Source: Psilocybe cubensis (taxonomy: Eukaryota). From it: a stretch of 64,000 nt of DNA. Within the stretch, counting starts at the first letter, position 1, and the number at the start of each line of letters is the position of its first letter. Of this stretch, positions 54,079-64,000 are shown one piece after another. The position numbers were made by a program, and so were the translations under genes. Below the pieces are notes generated by a model, which worked only from the letters and a program-made list of their open reading frames with translations, was not told the origin of the DNA and did not search any database. The stretch lies in NCBI GenBank assembly GCA_017499595.2, contig CM039010.1, forward strand, positions 310,001 through 374,000, given 5' to 3'.

Positions 54079-54607
54079 TGTTGTATAAGGAAACGAAAAT
54101 GTCTGAAGATGTTCCACTCAAGGAGACGATCAGAATGTTAGTTCAGACTCATGCTTTATGCTCATTTTATACTGTGGGCAGACCTTACCCCTAAACGCAA
54201 TTCGCCAGACGATTTGGAATCTGGATGATCATGGAATATGGAGCATTGGTTCAGGGAATACGCCGGACACATAAATGGAAGCACTGGCGAGCTCCTGGAA
54301 CATGGGTTTTTGCGTGCAATAGTGAGAGAAGTGAGTAATAAATAGCTCTGCCGAACAAGCTACTGAGCTCGATTGCCATATTTAACCCTCCGCTGGCCAT
54401 TTTCGATGTGACTATGTTGAGGAGAAGAGAGAAAAACCCCCGAAATGTCGTCATGAACATTAATTAACTGCTTCTCAATTCTCTCACCATTGGTCAAGGA
54501 CCGTCAAATGGTCCGTGGTTGGCATATGTGTAATTTTTATTGCTCCCATAGGATGTTCCATGATTTATAAATGGTGAATTAGAGCGTGAGTTGAACAACC
54601 CCCCAAA

Positions 54608-55880
54608 ATGCCGTCCAACAATTCCCCAGGTTCTCCACCCCCACTGAAAATAGCCTTCACATATGACTCTCGATCTGAATGGCTAGCACGGGGATTTTCT
54701 CCTGAGCAGTGTGCCGAGTTTGACAGCGACAAAACAATCGAAGGAATCGCTATTTCGCTGAGAAAGCGAGGTAGAGTGCAGATGGTTGGGGGATTGAAAA
54801 ATCTCGTTACAACCCTCGCTACCTCCAAGCCCGATTGGGACATTGTTTTCAACATCTGTGAGGGCTACGGAAGTCCGGGTCGAGAAGCTCAGGTTCCTGC
54901 ACTTCTTGAGGCATGGGACATACCGTACACCTTTTCTGACTCAGCCACGCTGGGTTTATGTTTAGACAAGGCCAAAACGAAGGTGAGACCCACGTTTGAG
55001 TGATCATTTAGCTTTATAATTTTGACTTTAAGCATATAGATGGTACTCGATCATTACGGCGTACCTACTGCACCATTTGCATGTGTTCCGCCTAGAATTA
55101 CATGGGCGCGAGAAAGCGTTTCTCACAAAGTCGTAATCAGCAAGTCTCCCCACGCCACAGCGTTGCAATCATTTCCTCTTTTCGTTAAGCCTGCTGGGGA
55201 GGGCACGGGTTTGGGAATCGCCCAAGCTAACAAAGTTACTGATGACGAACAACTCGCAAAAGTCGTCGACGACCTGACTCAGCGTTACCCAACACAAACA
55301 ATCCTGATCGAACGATTCCTTAGGGGACGCGAATTTACCGTCGGCATCATCGGGACAGGCGCAGAAGCTAGAGCAGTTGGGGTCCGAGAAATAGTTTTCC
55401 TCAAAGGTAATCCAGGGCACCACATCAATCCCAACACTGTATACACCAGCACGGATCCAACCCTTCTAGAGGTGGACGTGTATGGTTACGACTTGAAGCG
55501 TGTCAGCCACCCAAACCCTCAATACGTTGAACTCGATTTATCCGGTGACCCGATAGCACAGAGAGTGGCAGAAGTCGCCGTAAGGGCCTGGATATGTCTA
55601 GGATGTCGTGATGGTGGTCGTGTAGATGTTCGCAATGACTCCGAGAGTGACGATGCAATTCCGAATGTTATTGAGGTGCGAAACTCTCGCCCCGGAGCGC
55701 TGAAGCTCTGATGATTAAAGTATCACTCACCATACTCGATAGGTGAATCCGCTTGCAGGCCTAGCGCCCGGTTTTTCCGACTACCCCCTTCTTGCAGAAG
55801 CCAATGGTATTATGTACGATGATCTAATCTCCATGATCATAGATGAAGCGTTGAAGCGCAGTAAGTCAGTAAACGCATAA
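54608..55880 (+). CDS. D-Ala-D-Ala-ligase-like ATP-grasp amino acid ligase
   Basis: IVFNICEG, REAQVPALLE, IPYTFSD, LCLDKAKTK, FPLFVKP..EGTGLGI, IERFLRGREFTV, GRVDVR, spliced IEVNPLAGL. Introns 54983-55039 and 55676-55742. Confidence 0.9.
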
Positions 55881-56356
55881 TAACTTGGGCATGATAAAAA
55901 TCAATACATGTTGATATATGCAATGGATTCAAGTTCGATTTTACATTTCTTCATCGTCCGACTTCAAGACATCATAATATCATTAATGTACATCTGTGCA
56001 AAGACATCAGTTTGGAACACAGATGAAAAGGAGCGTATGACTGATTTGTCTTTTCGTTTTTTTGTTTTTTGAGAGAGAGATGGGCGTGAAGTCACATTCC
56101 CTGTTCACAAAGGTTTTCTCGACACCTTTTTGTAGTGGTCCCAGATGGTTGTAGGCGTTTCGAGACTTTGAGTTGAAATTTGCGGCAGAAAGATTCAAAG
56201 GGCCGAAAATTCACACGACACAAGTTTGTGAATGTGACCAGGTCCGCGTCGGCAACCAGTTCGTATCCAACTACAACTTGACTAGATTACTTATCAGGCA
56301 GTGTCCGGCGTTGAAGGATGTCGGCTTCCTTCTCTAGCTTAGATGCGTCCTTTATC

Positions 56357-59300
56357 ATGGTCGACAACGAGCGTCATATAGAGCCGCAGAAGGAGAGTGA
56401 AGTGAAGAAGCCTGTGCGTTCACGCCGGTTTCTTTATGCGCAAAGAATTGACTTGGATGGTTTATACAGCTTATCCATCCTTCAATGAACAGTGGTTATA
56501 AACCTGGGTCCGTACTCTCATACGCACACGACTGGTCTCCTAATGGAACTGGAGGATCGATTGCGGCCGAAGGACGTCATTTCTTGGACATGTACGGTCG
56601 TGTTTGTAGCTTGAGGGGTGTTAACTTGTCTGGGACCTGTAAAACGTGCGTTGTCATCCATACAAATACGCATCTAGTATATAACCTTCGATGCAGTCCA
56701 GTGGACCATGACCATGAAAACTTCCCCGGAGACCACAAGTCAGTGACATTCGTTGGGAAACCATTTCCACTGGAGGACGCGCAAGAACATCTCTCTCGAC
56801 TGCGACGCTGGGGGTTAACTTTTGGTATGTTTCCTCTCTATATATCCACCAATACTAAACAATTGTGCAGTTCGTTTCCTGGTTACATGGGAAGCCGTAG
56901 AGCACGCAGGACCGTACGTGCTGACGACAGAGAGCTTCATGGCACTTACATTTTTAAAGAGGAATCTACGACACAGAATATCTCACTTACGTTCGGGCTT
57001 TGCTGTCCATGTTTCCAAAATACGGCCTCTCTGCCTTTGTGTCGATGCATCAAGACGTGTGGTCACGGTATTCTGGGGGCTCAGGGGCGCCGGCGTGGAC
57101 TCTGGAAACAGTGGGCTTTGATCTGCATGCAATAGAGGAGACAGGTTCTGCTTGGCTGCACGGGCAGCGAGGTGGAGGACATGTTGAAGCGGAGCGTGGT
57201 CTGTGGCCCTGTGGATACCACAAGCTCACTGCTTCAACGATGTCGTGAGTTGCGGCTTTTTGTTTTATTAAATCCCCGGCTGAGTCCCTCAGGACGTGTT
57301 TCTGGGCAGGTGATATATTCGCTCCAAAATTGCTGGTTAAGGATAAACATGGTCAAGAAGTGTCGATCCAATTCTTCCTGCAGACATGTTTTCTTGATAT
57401 GTGGGAGATGGTGGTTAGGGCAGTGGGCGACTTGGACGGTGTCATTGGCTTCCAAGTGAGTAATATGTATCTTTAGAATGATGACCTTTCAGACAAATCA
57501 TGTAGATGATCAATGAACCTCATCCAGGCTACGTGAATGTCGATTTACACGCTTTCAATTATAATACTGATCTTCATCTGTCTCATATACGTATGTCCAT
57601 GTCCGGGATTGTCCCTATCTCTTTTAATGACGCAGTTTGTAGCATCTGCTTTTCAATCGTTCCAACTAGGCGCAGGATACCCAACACTAGTACCCACTTA
57701 TACCCGTTCATTCCCTATGCCCACAAAACTCACTTCCTATACTACGCTCAACACTGCTAAAGTCAAGGCCTGGCGCCCGGATGGACCAACAAAAGGGAGA
57801 TGCCTATGGGAGTTCCACGACGTGTGGCGGTGGAATGAAGTTACTAATAAGGCTGTTGTCCTACGGGAGAATTATTTCCGCAAGCATCCTGATACCGGCG
57901 CCAAGGTAAGTTCACCCAGAATTGTTGCACTACAACTGACGTTTTTGCTTAGATCAACTGGTATACCGATATGTACTACCCCTTCGCCAATAAATGGAGT
58001 GAAAGGATTAGAAAGGCGTCGTCTCCTTCGAAGCTCGTTTTTTTGGAACCTCTCCCAAATGAGGTACGCAATTGGTGAATGCAAGATGTTGGGAATAATT
58101 TATAATTTTGCACAGTTCTGTCCCAAATCTTGGACGAAGGAAAACCAACCTGCTAATATGGTCTTCGCACCTCATTGGTAAAGGCACTTTTTTTGTCAAT
58201 CCAGTGTGCAGCTCATCTCGATATACCCAGGTACGATCTCAACGCTCTTTTTGCCAAGGCTTTTGGTGATTTCACCGTAAATGTGCAAGGCCTCTCGCGT
58301 GTGAGTGAATTCGGCTGCAAATATCGTGGTATTTGTCATTAATCGTGTGTTTAGGGCATGTTCCCTCTCAAGGCCTTCTATTGGGGACACTTGGGGGCCC
58401 GCGAGAACTTCTCCCTCCAAATTCGCAATATTGTCGAAAACGGATACAACTCTTTAGGAGAGACTCCTGTTCTGATAGGGGAATGTGGTATCCCTATGGA
58501 CATGAAGTAAGTGTTACTCTCGAATATTGAACTTTGGCATCCTAATTATTGACGGCCGAACGCAGTAAGAAGGAAGCCTTCGAGACGGATGACTTCATCT
58601 GGCAGACCAGAATGATGGATGCTATGATCACTGCATTAGAGAATTCTCTTGTCGGCTTTACGTGCGTCGCATCTCTTTTCCGGATGGAATATCATAGACG
58701 GTCCTCTCATCCTCTTTGTCATAGATTATGGAACTACAACCCTGATAATGACGACGAAAGGGGCGATGACTGGAACGGCGAAAACTTCTCGTGGTTCAGC
58801 AGCAAGCGAGCCCTCCCCAAGTCCGTACTGTATTATGAACAGGACGCCCCTTCATTAGACAATGGAGGCAGAATACTTCCTGCTGTTGTCCGACCTTACC
58901 CAGCCAAGACAGCAGGAATTCCTCTCCGCTTCCGGTACGAGATGAACACAGGAACGTTCGTCTACGAGTGGATGAACCCCGAAGCCATTGTCTCAGGCAG
59001 TGATGATAACTCGAGCCCAAAGTCTGGGTCGCCCAGCGTGTTCGATCCACCACGCACACTGCGCCGCCCCCTCATCTCTAGAGAGACTGAAATCTTCCTT
59101 CCATCGATGCTCGCACATTCAAGGAGGGTTATTGTTGAAGGTATCAAGGACCAAGCGGACGAGTATCAGTATGACGAGAAGCGGCAAACGTTGTTCGTCG
59201 TCATGTCCGATACAACACCTGGGGTCAAACATCGCATCAGAGTGTCATTTGACCCCCCACCTAAACCAGCCTTCATTGTCAATGACTTATGGAGCGATTT

Positions 59301-59373
59301 TGGTTCTCACATTCTTTCTGGTTTAGTCGTTCTTTTGGCACTTACGGGGTACTGGTTGTTAAGTAGTATTTAA
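56357..59373 (+). CDS. GH5 subfamily 12 beta-glucosidase (EGCrP2/steryl-glucosidase-like) with C-terminal TM anchor
   Basis: LRGVNLSG, FVGKPFPLE, RFLVTWEAVEH, HQDVWSRYSGGSGAP, NEP (acid/base), GECGIP (nucleophile), WNGENFS, VRPYPAKTAG. Confidence 0.88.
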
Positions 59374-59457
59374 TTTTGCATGGAATCAGGAAGGATATAT
59401 AGAATCAGGACCTTGAACAGGTAGGTACACATATAGTACAGATGGAAAAATGCGATA

Positions 59458-60444
59458 TTAAACGTTAGTTTTCTGAAGGTCTCCAACTTTAGCACGGTAG
59501 GAAAGAGCCTGAAGCACGATGTTCCGAGACTCAATCAACTCGTGCCACAATTCTTTGTTATAGTGTCCCAACACAACGAGATTGTCGCGAAGTGCTGTCA
59601 GCTTGGCAGCAGTGGATAACAAAGGGTCTTCCCGGTCCCCCAAGTCAAGTTGCAGAGCGGCTTCTGCAATCTCAGCCGCAACAGTATAGAATGACCTTGC
59701 TGATTCGCAAGCATCTTTGGGCGGGCGGTGCCCTCGACCTAAATCAGGAACCAGTCTCCCAAAAATCCTTTTGGCTTTTGAAGTTTCCATAGAGACAAGG
59801 CCACAGCTAGAAGTCGTCGTATCCAGGTCGGACATGATATTCATCGCTTGCGGGCTTTGTGGTAAAGGATGAATGAGGTCGCGAACCCATTCTGTAATGA
59901 TCGACCGGAATAGCGCAGCCTGGTTCTTAGTATGCAAATAGACCATAAGCTCCGGGAACGTTTCAAGATGTGGGACATGCAGTAGAACCTTTGGAAGCTC
60001 GTTCTGGAGACGCGGTGGCAGGATCGCCAGGTCGCCAAACGAGCCATTGGGGATCAGGTTGGGCACGTTCACTAAGAACAAAAGGTCGTTGATCGGAACT
60101 TCAAGTACCTCCGGTAATGTAGGGGCCACCATGGTTCTGCAACGAGTATCGCGGAAAGTGTTCAGTCCGTCGCGTTTTTGCGCTCGGGAATACGTGTTCT
60201 TGGTCGGTTGGGAAGCATACACCACCAAAATATGTGTGGGCCCTAATTGTCGTGGAGAGATCAATTTGTCCAATGTGCTTAGGTTTGGAATACCTGTGGC
60301 CTCCATTTGAGCGGCAAGAGAGGAACAACTGGACTGAGGCACGTCCAACGCCGATGCAGATAGGACACGTCGTCTCACTCCTTTGGCTGTGCACCGCTTG
60401 GTAGCATTTTCTTCGCTATTTTTGCTGTTGGAACTACTTGTCAT
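59458..60444 (-). CDS. Clampless-1 (Clp1)-like basidiomycete protein
   Basis: PTHILVV, LPKVLLHVPHLETFPELMVYLHT and LRDNLVVLG...ELW resemble Clp1-family blocks as I recall them; intronless. Confidence 0.5.
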   Translation of the reverse strand: MTSSSNSKNSEENATKRCTAKGVRRRVLSASALDVPQSSCSSLAAQMEATGIPNLSTLDKLISPRQLGPTHILVVYASQPTKNTYSRAQKRDGLNTFRDTRCRTMVAPTLPEVLEVPINDLLFLVNVPNLIPNGSFGDLAILPPRLQNELPKVLLHVPHLETFPELMVYLHTKNQAALFRSIITEWVRDLIHPLPQSPQAMNIMSDLDTTTSSCGLVSMETSKAKRIFGRLVPDLGRGHRPPKDACESARSFYTVAAEIAEAALQLDLGDREDPLLSTAAKLTALRDNLVVLGHYNKELWHELIESRNIVLQALSYRAKVGDLQKTNV

Positions 60445-61659
60445 GGCACCACCAAACGTCGAGAAACGTTTGCTAATATGCTCTCCAACCTTTACATCCT
60501 GTATGCTTTGGGTGAGATGCAACCAATGCCTACTTGATTATTAGGACCTAGGTGTGTGGCATGAACGACTAGTGTACTTACGTTTGGGAGGACCCGAAGC
60601 GCAACTTGAGAGATTGTCTGATCTCTTCTATGTTCGCAGTGGACTTGAAAAGGTCTTCGCGATCAGGCGCAACTTGGATAAGCATGGATCTGTTTATCTC
60701 GCGTTCTGCAGGAATTCGAGAATTTGGCTTCTGGCCATCGAGGCTGGGGATGAGGGCTAAAGTAGGAACTGTAGTGTGCATGGCCGGCATGTCGACTTAG
60801 AAGAATAGTGGTGGTATAGTAGTTAAAGGAAAGTTTATGAGTTGTATCTCTTTATATATTCTACTCGGCTTGCGTTGTGGCACAGAGCCTTAAACCTTGA
60901 AAACAATGGCCCAACTATGAATTACGGCCATTATCTCGAAATGAAATGGCACTCACGGCTAATGTAAATTACGGAGCAACAAGTCATTGTTCGACCACTA
61001 GATCACCACAATTCACAGTTCCAATACAAGTTGAGCCATTGGAAACCTTTGAGCAGAAACAAAAGTCATTGAAACCTCGATAGCTCATACACGCAAAGAA
61101 GCACAAATCGGGCTCAAGCAAAAATGAAATACTTTAGATTCTTAGGTTAGAGACGAGCTGCTGAAAACCCGCAAATCCTATCATGGCTACTATAACCAAC
61201 TTTGAGACCAACAACGAGGGACTTTTATATTAGCTGTCGCTTTGGTGATCTCCAACTTTATTGGTAGCTGGATCAGGTACCGTCTGTCCGAGCTTGGCTC
61301 GAACTCTGCTCTTAGATGTTGAAGGTCGGGAGAATTCTATTTGTTATCAAGCCATGAAAACAGGACCCGGGAAGCTCCCCTAGAGGTCTGTCCGCTTTTT
61401 GCGGATTTGAGGGCCAAAATTTGGCCAAATCATTGTCCTACTTTTGGCGGATTTGAGGGCATTTTGACCCAAGCATTGTCCGCTTTTTGCGGATTTTAGG
61501 GCCAATTGGACAAGATTTTTTCAAAAAATTTTCATCATGTCGTCCATTGGAAACCGTGCCCTAAAAAAGCTGACTATCGTCGTTACTGACGTGATGCGGG
61601 AATTTCCATAGAATTCCATGGAATTTAAAAATCACGTGTTACACATGGTACACGTGCCT

Positions 61660-62025
61660 CGCGGCACTCCAGTGCTGCACCTCTGTGCCACTCCGGTGAA
61701 GCAGACCTGCGGCACTCCAGTGGTGCAGATGTGCAGCACTCCGGTGATGCAGACTTGGGGCATTCAGCAGCACCCCGGTGATGCAGACCTGCAGCACTCC
61801 GGTGATGTAGACCTGCAGCACTCCGGTGATGTAGACCTGCAGCACTCCGGTGATGTAGACCTGCAGCACTCCGGTGATGTAGACCTGCAGCACTCCGGTG
61901 ATGTAGACCTGCAGCACTCCGGTGATGTAGACCTGCAGCACTCCAGTGATGCAGACATACGGCACTCATGCAGCACCCCGGTGATACAGACCGGCAGCAC
62001 TCGCGGCACTCCAGTGGTGCAGGCC
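61660..62025. repeat. 24-bp minisatellite GGTGATGTAGACCTGCAGCACTCC
   Basis: Six perfect units at 61801-61944 with degenerate units on both sides. Confidence 0.95.
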
Positions 62026-63428
62026 TGCTGTGACACTAGTGACTACTGTGACTCGGAGAGTAACAGCAGTTCCGTAGCGGCACACGGAAAAGGTTTCGAA
62101 AGGAAGCTTAGAGATCAAATAGACAGGTTAAAGTACTCTGTATTCAATGCTGGTTTTCTAGCTACTACATAGCTGTATTTATACTGTAAAGAATAAGGTG
62201 TCCAAAAGAAGTAGACAAAGCAAAAGATAAAAAAGGGTTAATTGGAAGACACATAAAGGTGGAGTAAAAGTCAGTTTCAAGGAGAATAGAATGAAGGAGT
62301 AGGAATATAGAATGGAGAAAATGAGCTAAAGGAGTGTGTGTATCGGGTGGACGGAACGAAGGTGAAGTCCACAGAAACAAAAGTTAAAGATAAGATAAAA
62401 AAGATGATTATCGGGGTGTGGGAAACAGACCGGAACATCACATACGCCCTCCGGGTATTGTGCAACAATGCCCAACAAAATACGAGTGAAATATTGTTAA
62501 ATGAGTGTGGTTTGGATTGCAATAACTGCCTGAGAGTCGTCCGCCGTAAGAATTTGAGTCAGAATGATGGAATAGGTGTGTCTCGTGGTGCGCGAGAATT
62601 TAGCGCCCGTCTCGTGAAATGATGTTTGTGATGGTGAATTTCGAGTCGCGTCGCGTCGCGTTGATAAGGAGTGTGAAATCATGGTAATAATATGCATCGT
62701 AAACAATACGCATGAGTAGCATTGGATGCAAATAAGAAATCGTGAATGTTGTTGTTTTGTTTGTGCGTCCTGGATGCGCAAATAATAAAGCGAGAGAATA
62801 GGTAGGCGATTGCGATGTGTGATGATTGAGACAGATGAAAAGACGATACTGGTGCGATGATGAGTTGTGCAAGGATGTGGTTAATTTTGAATAATAGATG
62901 GCGTGCACGAGATAACAACTTCGCGGTCGTGAATCGTGACATGAGGTGTGCGTGATAAGATGATTTAAATGATAAAGTGATTAGGAGCAATGAACGGTTC
63001 AAAAGAAGTGATAAAAGTAGTAACAAATTTAATTGAGGAATCAATTGAGAGTGAAAACTCAAAGCAACAGAAAATCATGCGAAGACGGATAAGAGAAAAT
63101 AATAGAATCATAAACGAGCAATGAAAACAATGGATAAAGGAGAGGTTTGGCGACATGCAGTGGCCCGGAGAGGTGATATTGAGATAAAAAGGAAAGAATC
63201 GACGATGGCAAACAGATGCTGGAGGAACTATTGATAAGAAATGAGTGTGATGGTTGGCCAAATGAGTCTAGCGCAACGGAGTAACCTAGTATATAAGAAC
63301 AAAATTATCAGTGAGTAAACTTGAAGGGAATTTTTATTGTTTTTAGACGCTCTCGCCCTCCGTTATGAGTTCTAGGCATTAAAGAGCGTCATAATAATCA
63401 TTAGAATCATTGGACATCGTGTCAAAGT

Positions 63429-63963
63429 CTAGCCTTCACGCTGGACGTAAACTGTGCAATGAAAGCACATTGCTAGACTGTCTTTCTTTGCGTTTTTTGG
63501 TTTTTTGCTTGGGACATCAATTAGACAAGTGTCCGGAGTTTTTGCATTGACTGCACTGCTCAATTTTAGAGCTTTTAAATTGTTGCAAGTCAGTTTCATC
63601 AAAATTTTCATTTTCAGAACTTTTAGAACTTTGTGATTCTCTTTGTTTGGACTGTTTACTGTCCGATTGACCTGAGTTTGTAGAATGCGAATTGGTATCT
63701 TGCCAGGATGACTTGCTATCTTGTCCAGATTTTGATGGGCGCCTATTCCGGCGCATTACATCTTCGGAAATCTCTATAATTTGCATTTGCCCTGCAACCT
63801 CATCCCATGATAATGAATCGGGATTTAGGCCGCTGCGCCATAATTCTTTGCGGATATAATCTGCGGCTCTATCCCAGAAGCGATTTACAAGGTCACGCTC
63901 AGTGACTGATCTGAGCATATTAAATTTCTTTGTACATAGACACTTTTTGAATATAGTAGTCAT
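63429..63963 (-). pseudogene. Degenerate LTR-retrotransposon (Ty3/gypsy-like) Gag fragment
   Basis: RFWD..ADYIRKELWRSGLNPDSLSWDEV.....IIE, then a CX2CX4HX4C zinc knuckle broken by a stop (CSQCKNSGHLSN*C). Confidence 0.65.
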
Positions 63964-64000
63964 ATGTCTTGTCTGTCAAGCAATAAGATAATGCCAAAAG

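Larger units (their letters stand above)
61362..64000. mobile_element. Left end of a larger TIR element of the same family as the 37342 MITE; right end not seen in this window
   Basis: AGGACCCGGGAAGCTCCCCTAGAGG matches the MITE TIR; three subterminal TGTCC.CTTTT.GCGGATTT repeats at ~61389-61496. Confidence 0.6.

Noticed and set aside
52333-55880. Bacterial contamination as the source of kamA and the ddl-like gene
   Set aside because: Both genes contain spliceosomal GT-AG introns that restore conserved motifs, and they are contiguous with fungal genes.
54608-55880. True peptidoglycan Ddl or VanA-type resistance ligase
   Set aside because: It lacks the canonical N-terminal GGxSxEHxVS and LHG motifs, and the host is a fungus.
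61618-62172. 184-aa repeat protein
   Set aside because: The open frame follows from a stop-free 24-bp minisatellite inside a transposon; there is no independent coding evidence.

Overview
Eukaryotic, intron-rich DNA that looks like a mushroom-forming basidiomycete (Agaricomycetes; inferred from gene families and short GT-AG introns). All family assignments come from motif recognition by eye; no database search was run. From left to right the window holds: a Tag1-like membrane protein; two tandem 2OG-Fe(II) dioxygenases; an AA9 LPMO hit by a TIR element at a splice donor; three paralogous Zn2Cys6 transcription factors around an amidase and a long-TIR element; an F-box pseudogene; a 5.0 kb Helitron2/Helentron-like element carrying two cargo genes and a nested copy of its own family; an NT-C2 protein; an inverted GST-exon duplication; MITEs; a LYC1-type GNAT; two GH25 lysozymes; a HET-domain gene; an HMG-box factor; a type-B carboxylesterase; a GST; a GH5_12 glucosidase; a Clp1-like gene; and a transposon end with a Gag relic. 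The most striking signal is a divergent, intron-containing gene pair at 52.3-55.9 kb: a lysine 2,3-aminomutase (KamA) and a D-Ala-D-Ala-ligase-like ATP-grasp enzyme. This pairing resembles a bacterial neighbourhood and suggests an uncharacterised fungal beta-lysine ligation pathway. CDS coordinates are whole-gene spans including introns, and some ends are approximate.
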